Assembly (NCBI GenBank): GCA_013151445.1
Contig: JAADIG010000136.1
Span: 6,383-70,382, forward strand
Source: Actinomycetota bacterium
Lineage (GTDB): Bacteria > Actinomycetota > Acidimicrobiia > Spongiisociales > UBA5794
Reading direction: 5' to 3'
Length of the DNA: 64,000 nt
The position numbers and the translations under genes are program-made. Of this stretch, positions 37,543 to 46,922 are shown in pieces (position 1 is the stretch's first letter; every line of letters starts with the position of its first letter). The notes beneath the pieces are model-generated. The model did no database searches. It was given only the letters and a program-made list of their open reading frames with translations, and was not told the origin of the DNA.

Positions 37543-38057
37543 GGGCAGGCAACCGCTACATCGTGGCTCTCACGGGCTCATTGCTGCTTATCGCAGCGGG
37601 TGTTTTCGCAGGATGGATGATGATTTCTTCGGGAGTGCTCTCCTCGGTTTCCGAAGCATCCCAGGGACCATCACGGCCAATTGTCGCTGTCGCAGATGGG
37701 CTCGGGCAGGAAGCGCCGCCGGTCAACGTTGTCGCCGGTTCGTTCCAGTTGTCCCAACCGCGCGACCCCTTCCGACCGTTGGTCGGTGACGGATCTCGCG
37801 GTGGCCTCCCCGGTGTTGGTGGCGGGGGCGATGGTGGAACGTTCAACCCGTCCAATACGATCACACTTCAGGCAATTACGACGGTAGACGGGGTGTTGCA
37901 AGCAACTGTTGTGGTAAATGGGACGTCCTATCAGGTTGGCGTGGGAGACACCTTCGCTGGTTCATACAAGGTCGTGAGTCTGACGGCCGACAAGGGTGTC
38001 TTCATGTTCGGTGACACCGCGTTCGAGCTTGCGGTCGGCCAACAGATCCTGAAGTAG
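37539..38057 (+). CDS. Membrane-anchored PilP/GspC-HR-like protein (hypothetical)
   Basis: It has an N-terminal TM anchor, an RDPFRPL motif, a Gly-rich linker and a C-terminal beta-rich block (LQAITTVDGVLQATVVVNGTSYQVGVGDTFAGSYKVVSL). It is the last gene of the pilMNO unit (ATGA overlap). Confidence 0.45.
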   Translation: MRAGNRYIVALTGSLLLIAAGVFAGWMMISSGVLSSVSEASQGPSRPIVAVADGLGQEAPPVNVVAGSFQLSQPRDPFRPLVGDGSRGGLPGVGGGGDGGTFNPSNTITLQAITTVDGVLQATVVVNGTSYQVGVGDTFAGSYKVVSLTADKGVFMFGDTAFELAVGQQILK

Positions 38058-38087
38058 CGAGAACTCCGCTCTTGAGCGGAGCCCCGA

Positions 38088-38125
38088 GATGAGAGGGCCG
38101 CCGCCACGGCCCTCTCATCCTTTTG
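38088..38125 (+). terminator. Intrinsic terminator closing the pil cluster
   Basis: GATGAGAGGGCCG-ccgcca-CGGCCCTCTCATC is a perfect 13-bp stem followed by CTTTTG. A smaller hairpin (38064-38081) precedes it. Confidence 0.75.
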
Positions 38126-38170
38126 CCAGCCCACTTCCGTCGATTCGCCGAAAGCCCTACTCTCACACCC

Positions 38171-39319
38171 ATGTTTCGATATCTCACTGCAGGTGAATCT
38201 CACGGGCCGGGGCTGGTTGCTGTCGTTGAGGGACTTCCCTCGGGCATCGAGGTGACCGCTGAGAGCCTCTCCGACGAGTTGGCTCGTCGCCGATTGGGCT
38301 ATGGGCGTGGCAGACGCATGCGGCTCGAACAAGATGAGATCGAGTTTCTTGGGGGAGTGCGGTTCGGCAAGACTCTCGGGTCGCCGGTCGCGATTCTTAT
38401 CCGCAACACCGAGTGGCCCAAGTGGAAAGCGGAAATGTCGGCGGCACCCGGTGAGTCGGATCGACCGCTCACCACCCCGCGCCCCGGTCATGCCGACCTG
38501 GTCGGGATGATGAAATATGACACACGGGACGCCCGCGATATTCTTGAACGTGCCTCGGCCCGAGAAACTGCGGCGCGAACGGCCGTCGGATTCCTTGCGA
38601 AACGTCTGCTCGGTGTCGTCGGTGTCACCGTGTTCTCCCACGTGGTCGAGATCGGGTCCGTTGCATCCTCGGGTCCCACGCCTTCGTTTAGTGATCTTGG
38701 CGCAATTGATGCCTCGCCGGTCCGGGTGTTCGATGCGACTGCGGAGACCGAGATGATTGCGGAGATTGAGGCTGCCAGGGCCGACAGAGACACCCTCGGA
38801 GGTGTTGTTGAGGTGGTCGTTGAGGGTCTCGTCGCTGGGATCGGATCGCACGTCCACGGTGATCGACGTATCGACGCCCGGCTGGCGGAAGCGCTTATGT
38901 CCATTCAAGCGATCAAGGGTGTCGAGATCGGTGACGGCTTCGAGTCCGCTCGCCGCAGGGGTTCGGATGCTCACGACGAGATCTATCGGACCGAGGGGCA
39001 GTACACCCGTCACACCAACCGTGCCGGGGGTACCGAGGGTGGCATGACCGTGGGCGGAATGCTGCGTGTACGAGCTGCGATGAAGCCAATCTCGACGGTT
39101 ATGAAGCCGCTAGACACGGTGAATGTTGAAACACGACAAGCCGAAAAGGCCTTCCGCGAGCGCAGCGACGTGATTGCGGTGCCTGCCGCGGGCGTCGTTG
39201 CCGAAACCATGGTCGCAATCACCCTGGCGCAAGAGATGCAACGGATGTTTGGCGGTGACACCGTGGGAGATTTTGCGGCTGCCGTTGATCGCTATCGAAG
39301 CCGCCTCGAGGACTTCTAA
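38171..39319 (+). CDS. aroC: Chorismate synthase
   Basis: MFRYLTAGESHGPGLV is the canonical start, and RPGHAD and GGRSSARETA-like motifs are present. The ORF-track TTG at 38123 lies inside the terminator T-tract. Confidence 0.95.
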   Translation: MFRYLTAGESHGPGLVAVVEGLPSGIEVTAESLSDELARRRLGYGRGRRMRLEQDEIEFLGGVRFGKTLGSPVAILIRNTEWPKWKAEMSAAPGESDRPLTTPRPGHADLVGMMKYDTRDARDILERASARETAARTAVGFLAKRLLGVVGVTVFSHVVEIGSVASSGPTPSFSDLGAIDASPVRVFDATAETEMIAEIEAARADRDTLGGVVEVVVEGLVAGIGSHVHGDRRIDARLAEALMSIQAIKGVEIGDGFESARRRGSDAHDEIYRTEGQYTRHTNRAGGTEGGMTVGGMLRVRAAMKPISTVMKPLDTVNVETRQAEKAFRERSDVIAVPAAGVVAETMVAITLAQEMQRMFGGDTVGDFAAAVDRYRSRLEDF

Positions 39320-39321
39320 CA

Positions 39322-39834
39322 ATGACGCGGCGCATCTGGCTTATCGGGATGATGGGGGCTGGCAAGACGACTGCGGCGGCGGGACTCGCCACTCGCCTCG
39401 GAGTTGAGTGGGTTGATACCGATGATCTCGTCACAGGGCACGCCGGCATTTCGGTGGCGGAGATCTTCGAGAGTCGCGGTGAGGCGGTGTTTCGTCATCT
39501 TGAGTCCGCAGCCATCACCGCCGTGAGCGAGTCCGAGACTCCAATTGTTGCGACCGGCGGTGGAGCCGTCCTCGACGAACAGAACCGAGAGGTCATGAAG
39601 CGTTCGGGGACCGTGGTATGGCTTAGGGCGCCGGCAACGATATTGCGCGCACGGATCGGCGAGGCCGCGACGCGGCCGCTGCTTGGGAGCGACTCTATTG
39701 ATACCGACCTGGATGCCCTGCTGGCGGCCCGCACCGAGGTGTATCGGTGCGCGGCGGACGCCATCATTGAAAGTGCCGACTATGACCGCAGGGCCATAGT
39801 CGATCAATTGGAGGTTCTGTGGAACGCGTTGTAA
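39322..39834 (+). CDS. aroK: Shikimate kinase
   Basis: IWLIGMMGAGKTT is the P-loop, and DTD and ATGGG motifs are present. The product is 170 aa. Confidence 0.92.
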   Translation: MTRRIWLIGMMGAGKTTAAAGLATRLGVEWVDTDDLVTGHAGISVAEIFESRGEAVFRHLESAAITAVSESETPIVATGGGAVLDEQNREVMKRSGTVVWLRAPATILRARIGEAATRPLLGSDSIDTDLDALLAARTEVYRCAADAIIESADYDRRAIVDQLEVLWNAL

Positions 39835-40883
39835 TAACCGACGGCTCCGGAAATGCGGTCTCGACGATAGAGATCGTCGACGGTGCTACTGCATTGAGAC
39901 GCGGCGAACTGCTACTTCCCGGCGACCTCTCACGGCACCGTGTCGGTGTCATCGTGCAACCGTCCGTTACCCGTATTGCCTCGGCAATTGAGGATTCATG
40001 GCGGGAGCGAGGTGCGTCGGTTAGGACCATTACGGTGCCAGACCGCGAGGCTGCGAAAACGCTCTCCGTAGCGGAGGATTGTTTTATACAGCTCAACGAA
40101 CTGGGCCTGACGCGTGACGACCTGATTGTTGGTATCGGTGGAGGCGCAGTGACGGATCTGGCGGGGTTTGTCGCCGCGACGTATCTGCGGGGTGTTACCA
40201 GTGTTCTGTTTCCGACCACCATGTTGGCAGCTGTCGACGCATCCATCGGAGGAAAAACCGCTGTCAACGTCGGGGGGAAGAACCTCGTCGGTGTGTTCCA
40301 CCATCCCGACCGGGTGATCATCGACTTGGAGATCCTGCGAGGCCTTCCCCCGGAGATCCTTCTTGAAGGATCAGCGGAAGCTGTCAAGGCTGGTTTCATT
40401 GCTGACCCTGATCTCGTTGCTCTTTACGCCGCTGACGGACTATCGGCGAATATCGCCGACGTGCTGGTGCGGGCAGTGCGCGTCAAGGCAGGCATCGTTT
40501 CGGAGGACTTTCGGGAACGCGGTGTGCGCGGGACTCTGAACTTTGGCCATACCGTCGGGCATGCAATCGAAACGCTGACCGGTTTGTCGCACGGTCATTC
40601 GGTTGCAATCGGAATGGTTGCAGCGTCATACTCGTCCGCAAAGCAGCTCGGGTTTCCCGAGACACCCGCGGTCGTGGAGATACTTCAGAAGCTCGGGCTG
40701 CCGACAGCACTTCCCGCTGGGGTCGCACGTTCCGACATCCTTGAACTCATTCGGCTCGACAAGAAACGGGACCACGGTGGTATCCGAATGGCTTTGTTGT
40801 CACGCATCGGTGAATGTGTCGTGATGTCGGTCGACGACGCTACCGTACTGGTCGGCCTGACCGCAATCGGCGTCACGAGTTGA
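39819..40883 (+). CDS. aroB: 3-dehydroquinate synthase
   Basis: GIGGGAVTDLAGFVAATYLRGV, DASIGGKTAVN and the metal ligands HTVGHAIE...HG.AV are present. The product is 354 aa. Confidence 0.93.
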   Translation: MERVVITDGSGNAVSTIEIVDGATALRRGELLLPGDLSRHRVGVIVQPSVTRIASAIEDSWRERGASVRTITVPDREAAKTLSVAEDCFIQLNELGLTRDDLIVGIGGGAVTDLAGFVAATYLRGVTSVLFPTTMLAAVDASIGGKTAVNVGGKNLVGVFHHPDRVIIDLEILRGLPPEILLEGSAEAVKAGFIADPDLVALYAADGLSANIADVLVRAVRVKAGIVSEDFRERGVRGTLNFGHTVGHAIETLTGLSHGHSVAIGMVAASYSSAKQLGFPETPAVVEILQKLGLPTALPAGVARSDILELIRLDKKRDHGGIRMALLSRIGECVVMSVDDATVLVGLTAIGVTS

Positions 40884-40944
40884 GTCCCACCTTGAAACAC
40901 GGCGGTCGGCGCACACAGTTCAACTTAGATTTGTGAGGAATTCA

Positions 40945-42006
40945 ATGGATCATGCAGCGCGCGTCGCGCGACTACAGGAGAAGCTTGAGAGACCGTTGCT
41001 GGTGGCCTCGCTGGCGAACATCCGCTACCTCACCGGGTTTTCCGGGTCCTTTGCCTTTGTCGTCGCGGGTCCACAGTCCTTCACCTTTATCACCGATGGT
41101 CGGTACGGCGAAAGTGCGGCCCCGCTCGTCGATGCGATTGCGGGCGCCGAGCTGGTCATTCACAGTGGTGGTATCAATGCGACGATCGCCAGGACTTTCA
41201 CCGATGCCTCGGCTGTGGACGTAGAGTCGGCTCATATCTCGTGGGAGGTTATGCGCTCACTGGCAGCGGAGACGCAAACGAGGCTCGAACCAACGGTTGG
41301 TGTCGTTGAAGACCTACGTCGTGTGAAGACACCCGACGAGGTGGAAGCGGTACGGGCTGCGTGTGGGGCTGGCGATGCGGCGTTCGACCAGCTCGCCGAG
41401 ATAGCGGCCGCTGCCGACACGGAAGGCGAGCTCGGATGGGGACTTATCGATGCGATGCGCCGCGCCGGGGGAACTGCCGCTGGCTGGTCTCCGATCGTCG
41501 CGATTGGTGTACACGCCTCGGTGCCACATCATCGGTCAGGGACGGGCGCGATTGAAGACGGACTGCTCCTCCTTGACTACGGGTGTGAGGTCGACGGCTA
41601 CCAGAGTGACATGTCCCGCACGGTATGGCGTGGTCCCGGGGAGGACGTCGAAATGGAGCGTGTTTACGCAGCGGTGCGTGACGCCCAGCAGGCGGGTGTG
41701 GACGCCGTGGGTCCTGGTGCCGTCGCTGGTGACATTGACGAGGTGTGTCGGTCTGTTCTGGACCGCTACGGATATCTCGACTACTTTCTCCACTCCACGG
41801 GCCACGGGGTCGGTCTTGAGATCCACGAAGCCCCCTGGATTCGATCCGGTAGCGAGGACATCCTTGAGGCGGGTCACATCATCACCGTGGAACCCGGTGT
41901 GTACCTATCGGGGCATGGTGGGGTTCGGATCGAAGACACCGTGGTGGTTACAGACAGCGGGTGCGAGAACCTCACCCTTTCTCACAAGGAGTTTCACCTG
42001 ACATGA
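40945..42006 (+). CDS. pepP: Xaa-Pro aminopeptidase/dipeptidase (M24B)
   Basis: It shows the pita-bread fold motifs [30 protein letters not shown] and GGVRIED. GAGGA lies 5 nt upstream of ATG 40945. Confidence 0.88.
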   Translation: MDHAARVARLQEKLERPLLVASLANIRYLTGFSGSFAFVVAGPQSFTFITDGRYGESAAPLVDAIAGAELVIHSGGINATIARTFTDASAVDVESAHISWEVMRSLAAETQTRLEPTVGVVEDLRRVKTPDEVEAVRAACGAGDAAFDQLAEIAAAADTEGELGWGLIDAMRRAGGTAAGWSPIVAIGVHASVPHHRSGTGAIEDGLLLLDYGCEVDGYQSDMSRTVWRGPGEDVEMERVYAAVRDAQQAGVDAVGPGAVAGDIDEVCRSVLDRYGYLDYFLHSTGHGVGLEIHEAPWIRSGSEDILEAGHIITVEPGVYLSGHGGVRIEDTVVVTDSGCENLTLSHKEFHLT

Positions 42007-42563
42007 TTTCGACAAACGACGTTCGCCCGGGTTACGCCTTGGAGACACCCGATGGACTCTTCCAAGTCGTCGATCACCAGCATGTGAAACCCGGCAAGGG
42101 GAAGGCATTTGTCAGGATGAAGTTGCGCAACCTCCATACGGGGGCATTGTTCGACAAGACGTTCCGCGCTGGCGAGAACGTCAAGCGTGCAACGATCGAC
42201 CGACGCGACATGACCTTCCTCTACAAGGATGATGTGGGTTTCAACTTCATGGACGGTGAAACTTTCGAACAGGTTTCTGTGAGCGAATCACTGATGGTGG
42301 ATGCGGCCCCCTACCTCGTTGACGGAGCGACGGTCCAGGTTGCCCTCCACGAGGGTCAACCTATCGGTGTTGACCTTCCACCAGCTGTCGAACTCAAGGT
42401 TTCGTATGCCGAACCGGGTGTGAAGGGCGACCGAGTCTCGGGAGCGACAAAACCGGTGACTATGGAGACGGGACTCGTTATCCAAGCACCGCTGTTCGTT
42501 GATGTGGACGACGTTGTCAAGGTTGATACCCGTTCGGGTGACTACATCACGCGTACCTCGTGA
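42003..42563 (+). CDS. efp: Elongation factor P
   Basis: [10 protein letters not shown]...HVKPGKGKAFVRMKLRN is the EF-P signature. The product is 186 aa and the ATG overlaps the pepP stop. Confidence 0.95.
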   Translation: MISTNDVRPGYALETPDGLFQVVDHQHVKPGKGKAFVRMKLRNLHTGALFDKTFRAGENVKRATIDRRDMTFLYKDDVGFNFMDGETFEQVSVSESLMVDAAPYLVDGATVQVALHEGQPIGVDLPPAVELKVSYAEPGVKGDRVSGATKPVTMETGLVIQAPLFVDVDDVVKVDTRSGDYITRTS

Positions 42564-42931
42564 GTCGCACCGAGGCCCGCCAGCAAGCTCTTGAGGCCCT
42601 CTATGCGGCCGAAACCCGCCGGCTTGAAACACCGGATGTTGTCGGACTGTCGGCCCGTGCAGCTCGGCTTGTCGAGGGAGTGTGGAACCAGCGCACCGAA
42701 CTCGACGTTTCGATCGGGGAGGCCGCACGGGGGTGGCGCGTCGATCGCATGCCCGTCGTTGACGTCTCGTTGCTTCGTCTCGGCCTCTATGAACTGCGCC
42801 ACACGGATATGCCCATCGGTGTAGTTGTCTCTGAGCTTGTCGAGTTAGCGAAGGAATACTCGACGGAGAACAGTTCGCGGTTCGTCAACGGGGTGCTTGC
42901 GAAGCTTGTTGAGACGGAACGGCCCACCTGA
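42560..42931 (+). CDS. nusB: Transcription antitermination factor NusB
   Basis: 123-aa ORF with R.EARQQALEALY and ELAKEYS...SRFVNGVL. It forms the efp-nusB pair. Confidence 0.92.
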   Translation: MSRTEARQQALEALYAAETRRLETPDVVGLSARAARLVEGVWNQRTELDVSIGEAARGWRVDRMPVVDVSLLRLGLYELRHTDMPIGVVVSELVELAKEYSTENSSRFVNGVLAKLVETERPT

Positions 42932-42983
42932 GAGCGGTGTTTTGGCCGTGGCCTAGCCGACGGTGTATGGTCACCTTGTTCAA

Positions 42984-43628
<645 letters not shown>

Positions 43629-43629
<1 letters not shown>

Positions 43630-44543
43630 TGCAACACCTTCTGTCGACCGAGCAGATGGGCCGCTCCGAAGCAGAGTCACTGCTCGACGATGCCGATGGG
43701 TTTCTTGAGGTTCTCGATCGGCCCATACCGAAGGTGCCGGCGCTGAGGGGCAGGACCGTCGCAACGCTGTTCTTCGAACCGTCGACGCGCACCAGGATGT
43801 CCTTTGAACGTGCGGCGAAGGCACTGTCTGCCGACACGCTGAGTTTCAGTCCCAGCGGATCGTCGGTCTCGAAGGGTGAGAGTCTCAAGGACACCGTGCT
43901 CACCGTCCAGGCAATGGGTGCGGATCTTGCGGTAGTGCGGCACAAGGCCGTTGGTGCACCGTGGCGAGTCGCCGAATGGGCGCAGATGCGCGTCGTGAAT
44001 GGAGGGGATGGCGCCCATCAACACCCGACACAGGCACTGCTCGATGCGCTCACGATACGTCGGAGTCTGGGGGGACTCGATGGGCTACGCATCGGGATCA
44101 TTGGGGATATCCGCTACAGCCGAGTCGCACGGTCAAACTGTTTTCTCTTTCCAACGCTCGGTGCGGATGTCACGCTGATTGCCCCGCCGACACTCCTTCC
44201 CGTAGATACCGAAGGATGGCCGGTGCGTCACTCAAGCGACCTCGATGCCGAGATCGGCAGCCTCGACGTCGTGTACCTCCTTCGGGTCCAGACCGAACGT
44301 GGGGGTGCATCGGTGTTCCCGAGCCTCTCGGAGTATGTACGACGATACGGGTTGACACAACGACGTTTCGGCATGCTCAAAGATGAAGCTGTCGTCCTGC
44401 ATCCGGGTCCGATGAATCGCGGCGTCGAGGTTTCGGATGTGGTTGCGGACGATCCGCGGTGCCTCGTGCTTGACCAGGTTGCCAATGGAGTAGCGGTTCG
44501 GATGGCGGTCCTGTTCAGGCTGCTGGGGGGTACCAGTGGATAG
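43629..44543 (+). CDS. pyrB: Aspartate carbamoyltransferase catalytic subunit
   Basis: FFEPSTRTR, HPTQALLD and HPGPMNRG are present. The product is 304 aa and the GTG overlaps the pyrR stop. Confidence 0.95.
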
Positions 44544-45813
44544 TGTCCTCATCGTTGGTGGCTCCGTACTGTCATCCACCGGCGTAGTTTCGGCTGACGT
44601 CCTCATCGTTGGCGATCGTATCGAGCGCATCGGTGAGGGCATCAAGGACGAGACCGCGCGCGTGATCGACGCGTCCGGATCGTGGGTCGGGCCCGGCTTC
44701 GTCGATGTGCACACCCACCTTCGGGAACCGGGTCAGGAATGGAAGGAAGACATTGCAACGGGTTCGGCCGCTGGTGCTGCCGGCGGCTACACGGCCCTGG
44801 TTGCGATGCCGAACACCGATCCGGCGATAGATTCGGGGCATCTCGCACGTTTCATCACAGGACGCGGCGAAGAGGCGGGGCTGGTGCAGGTGATTCCGGC
44901 CGGGACGCTGACGATGGGCCGCCGTGGTGAACAGCTTGCCCACCTCGATGATCTCTGGGCCGCCGGCGTGCACATGTTCAGCGACGACGGTGACACGGTT
45001 GCTGACGCTGGACTTCTGCGCCGCGCAATGGAGTACATCGCTCAGCTGGGGGGTGTCGTCTCCGAGCATGCAATCGATCCGGGCCTGGCAAGGGGCGGAC
45101 ATATGCACGAAGGTACGGTTTCGTCACGGCTCGGCATGACCGGAATCCCGGCTATTGCCGAAGTATCGATTGTTGCGCGTGACCTCGCCCTCGTCGAACT
45201 TACCGGAGTCACATACCATCTGCAGCATGTGTCGACGCGTGGGGCCGTTGAGCTCCTCGCCGCGGCGAAGGACCGGGGCCTACCGGTTACCGCGGAGGTC
45301 ACTCCCCACCACCTTGCCTTCGATCATCAGGCGGCTGCCGCGACGGATGCGTCCTACAAGATGATGCCCCCACTACGCGAGTCCGACGATGTCGTGGCCG
45401 TGCGCGAGGCCCTGAAATCGGGGACGATCGACATGGTTGCAACTGACCACGGCCCGCACGCTTCGCATGAAAAGGACGTGCCGTTCGAACATGCCCCGTT
45501 TGGTGTCACCGGCCTCGAGTGGGCGGCGGCTGTGGTCAACAGCGTTGACGGCCTGGGACTCGACCAGGAAACGTTCTTCGACCGGATGTCCCTTTCGCCG
45601 GCGGCTCTGCTCGGTCTCGCCGACCAAGGAGCACCACTAACCGAGGGTGCCGTTGCCAACGTTGTCGTGTTCGACCCGGGGGCAACCTGGACACCAACCG
45701 AGACCCTGTCGAAATCTCGCAACGCACCGTACTTCGGTAAGGAATACACGGGTCGCGTGACCGCCACGCTGTACCGGGGTGCGCTCACGTACGAAATGGA
45801 GAGCGGGCGATGA
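44536..45813 (+). CDS. pyrC: Dihydroorotase
   Basis: PGFVDVHTHLREPG and TDHGPH are present, and the 425-aa amidohydrolase lies between pyrB and carA. Confidence 0.93.
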   Translation: MDSVLIVGGSVLSSTGVVSADVLIVGDRIERIGEGIKDETARVIDASGSWVGPGFVDVHTHLREPGQEWKEDIATGSAAGAAGGYTALVAMPNTDPAIDSGHLARFITGRGEEAGLVQVIPAGTLTMGRRGEQLAHLDDLWAAGVHMFSDDGDTVADAGLLRRAMEYIAQLGGVVSEHAIDPGLARGGHMHEGTVSSRLGMTGIPAIAEVSIVARDLALVELTGVTYHLQHVSTRGAVELLAAAKDRGLPVTAEVTPHHLAFDHQAAAATDASYKMMPPLRESDDVVAVREALKSGTIDMVATDHGPHASHEKDVPFEHAPFGVTGLEWAAAVVNSVDGLGLDQETFFDRMSLSPAALLGLADQGAPLTEGAVANVVVFDPGATWTPTETLSKSRNAPYFGKEYTGRVTATLYRGALTYEMESGR

Positions 45814-46922
45814 TGGAACGCGAGGGGTTGCTCGTGCTTGCTGACGGGACGGTGTTCCGTGGGGTCGCTGTCGGTGCGGACGGTATCGCAACTGGCGAGG
45901 TTGTGTTCAACACTGCAATGGCCGGGTACCAGGAGATTTTCACAGACCCGTCGTACGCTCGACAGATCGTGACCATGACGGCCCCGCACATTGGCAACTA
46001 TGGCACGACTCCCGATGACGCCCAGGCAGCGAACCCTTTTTGTACGGGAGTAGTGATGCGGTCGATGTCACACACAGCCAGCAGTTGGCGCTCGCGCGGT
46101 CTGCTGAGCGATTGGTTCACCGACATGGGTCTCATTGCTCTCTCGGACGTGGACACGCGCCGGTTGACGCGCCACGTGCGTGACCATGGCGCCATGCCGG
46201 CCGCGATTGGGAGCGGTACCACCGAGCGCGAAATGCGTGATGCAGCAACGAGTGCGCCAGTCATGGAAGGTCGGGCGCTGGCGCTTGAGGTGTCCATTGC
46301 GCAACCAACTCTCGTCCGGACGGAGGCAGCCCGCCGGGGCACCGTCGTTGCATACGACTTTGGCATGAAGCGAGCCATCGTTGACGCATTTACGGTGCGT
46401 GGTTTCGATGTGCAGATTGTCCCTGCTGACACGCCCGCAGGCGACGTCCGTGCGTTCAACCCCGATGGTGTGTTTCTCTCGAACGGGCCCGGAGATCCCG
46501 AACCGCTTGACCGTTCGGTTGCAGCGGTCAGGGACCTGCTGGGCACGGTGCCCCTCTTTGGCATCTGTTTGGGACACCAGGTGCTCGGCCTTGCGGTCGG
46601 TGGCAGAACCTACAAGCTTCCTTTCGGGCACCATGGCGGCAACCACCCGGTGAGACGGATCGCCACGGGGAAGGTTGCCATCACATCGCAGAATCATGGT
46701 TTTGCCGTCGATCTGACACCGCTGGGCTCGGGTGATCGTTACGAATCAGAATTTGGCGAGATTGTGCCGACGCATGTGAACTTGAATGACAATACGTTGG
46801 AGGGACTTCGGTGTCCGGATGCGAACGCATCCTCGGTCCAGTATCACCCCGAAGCCCGACCCGGTCCGAACGATGCACAGGATCTCTTCGACACGTTCTG
46901 CGACCGGATGGGGGTTTCGTAG
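45810..46922 (+). CDS. carA: Carbamoyl-phosphate synthase small (glutaminase) subunit
   Basis: [19 protein letters not shown] (catalytic Cys) and SVQYHPEA are present. The product is 370 aa. Confidence 0.95.
   Translation: MMEREGLLVLADGTVFRGVAVGADGIATGEVVFNTAMAGYQEIFTDPSYARQIVTMTAPHIGNYGTTPDDAQAANPFCTGVVMRSMSHTASSWRSRGLLSDWFTDMGLIALSDVDTRRLTRHVRDHGAMPAAIGSGTTEREMRDAATSAPVMEGRALALEVSIAQPTLVRTEAARRGTVVAYDFGMKRAIVDAFTVRGFDVQIVPADTPAGDVRAFNPDGVFLSNGPGDPEPLDRSVAAVRDLLGTVPLFGICLGHQVLGLAVGGRTYKLPFGHHGGNHPVRRIATGKVAITSQNHGFAVDLTPLGSGDRYESEFGEIVPTHVNLNDNTLEGLRCPDANASSVQYHPEARPGPNDAQDLFDTFCDRMGVS

Noticed and set aside
37931-39013. 360-aa minus-strand ORF
   Set aside because: It is antisense to aroC and spans the strong + strand terminator at 38088-38125. 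It has no recognisable domain.
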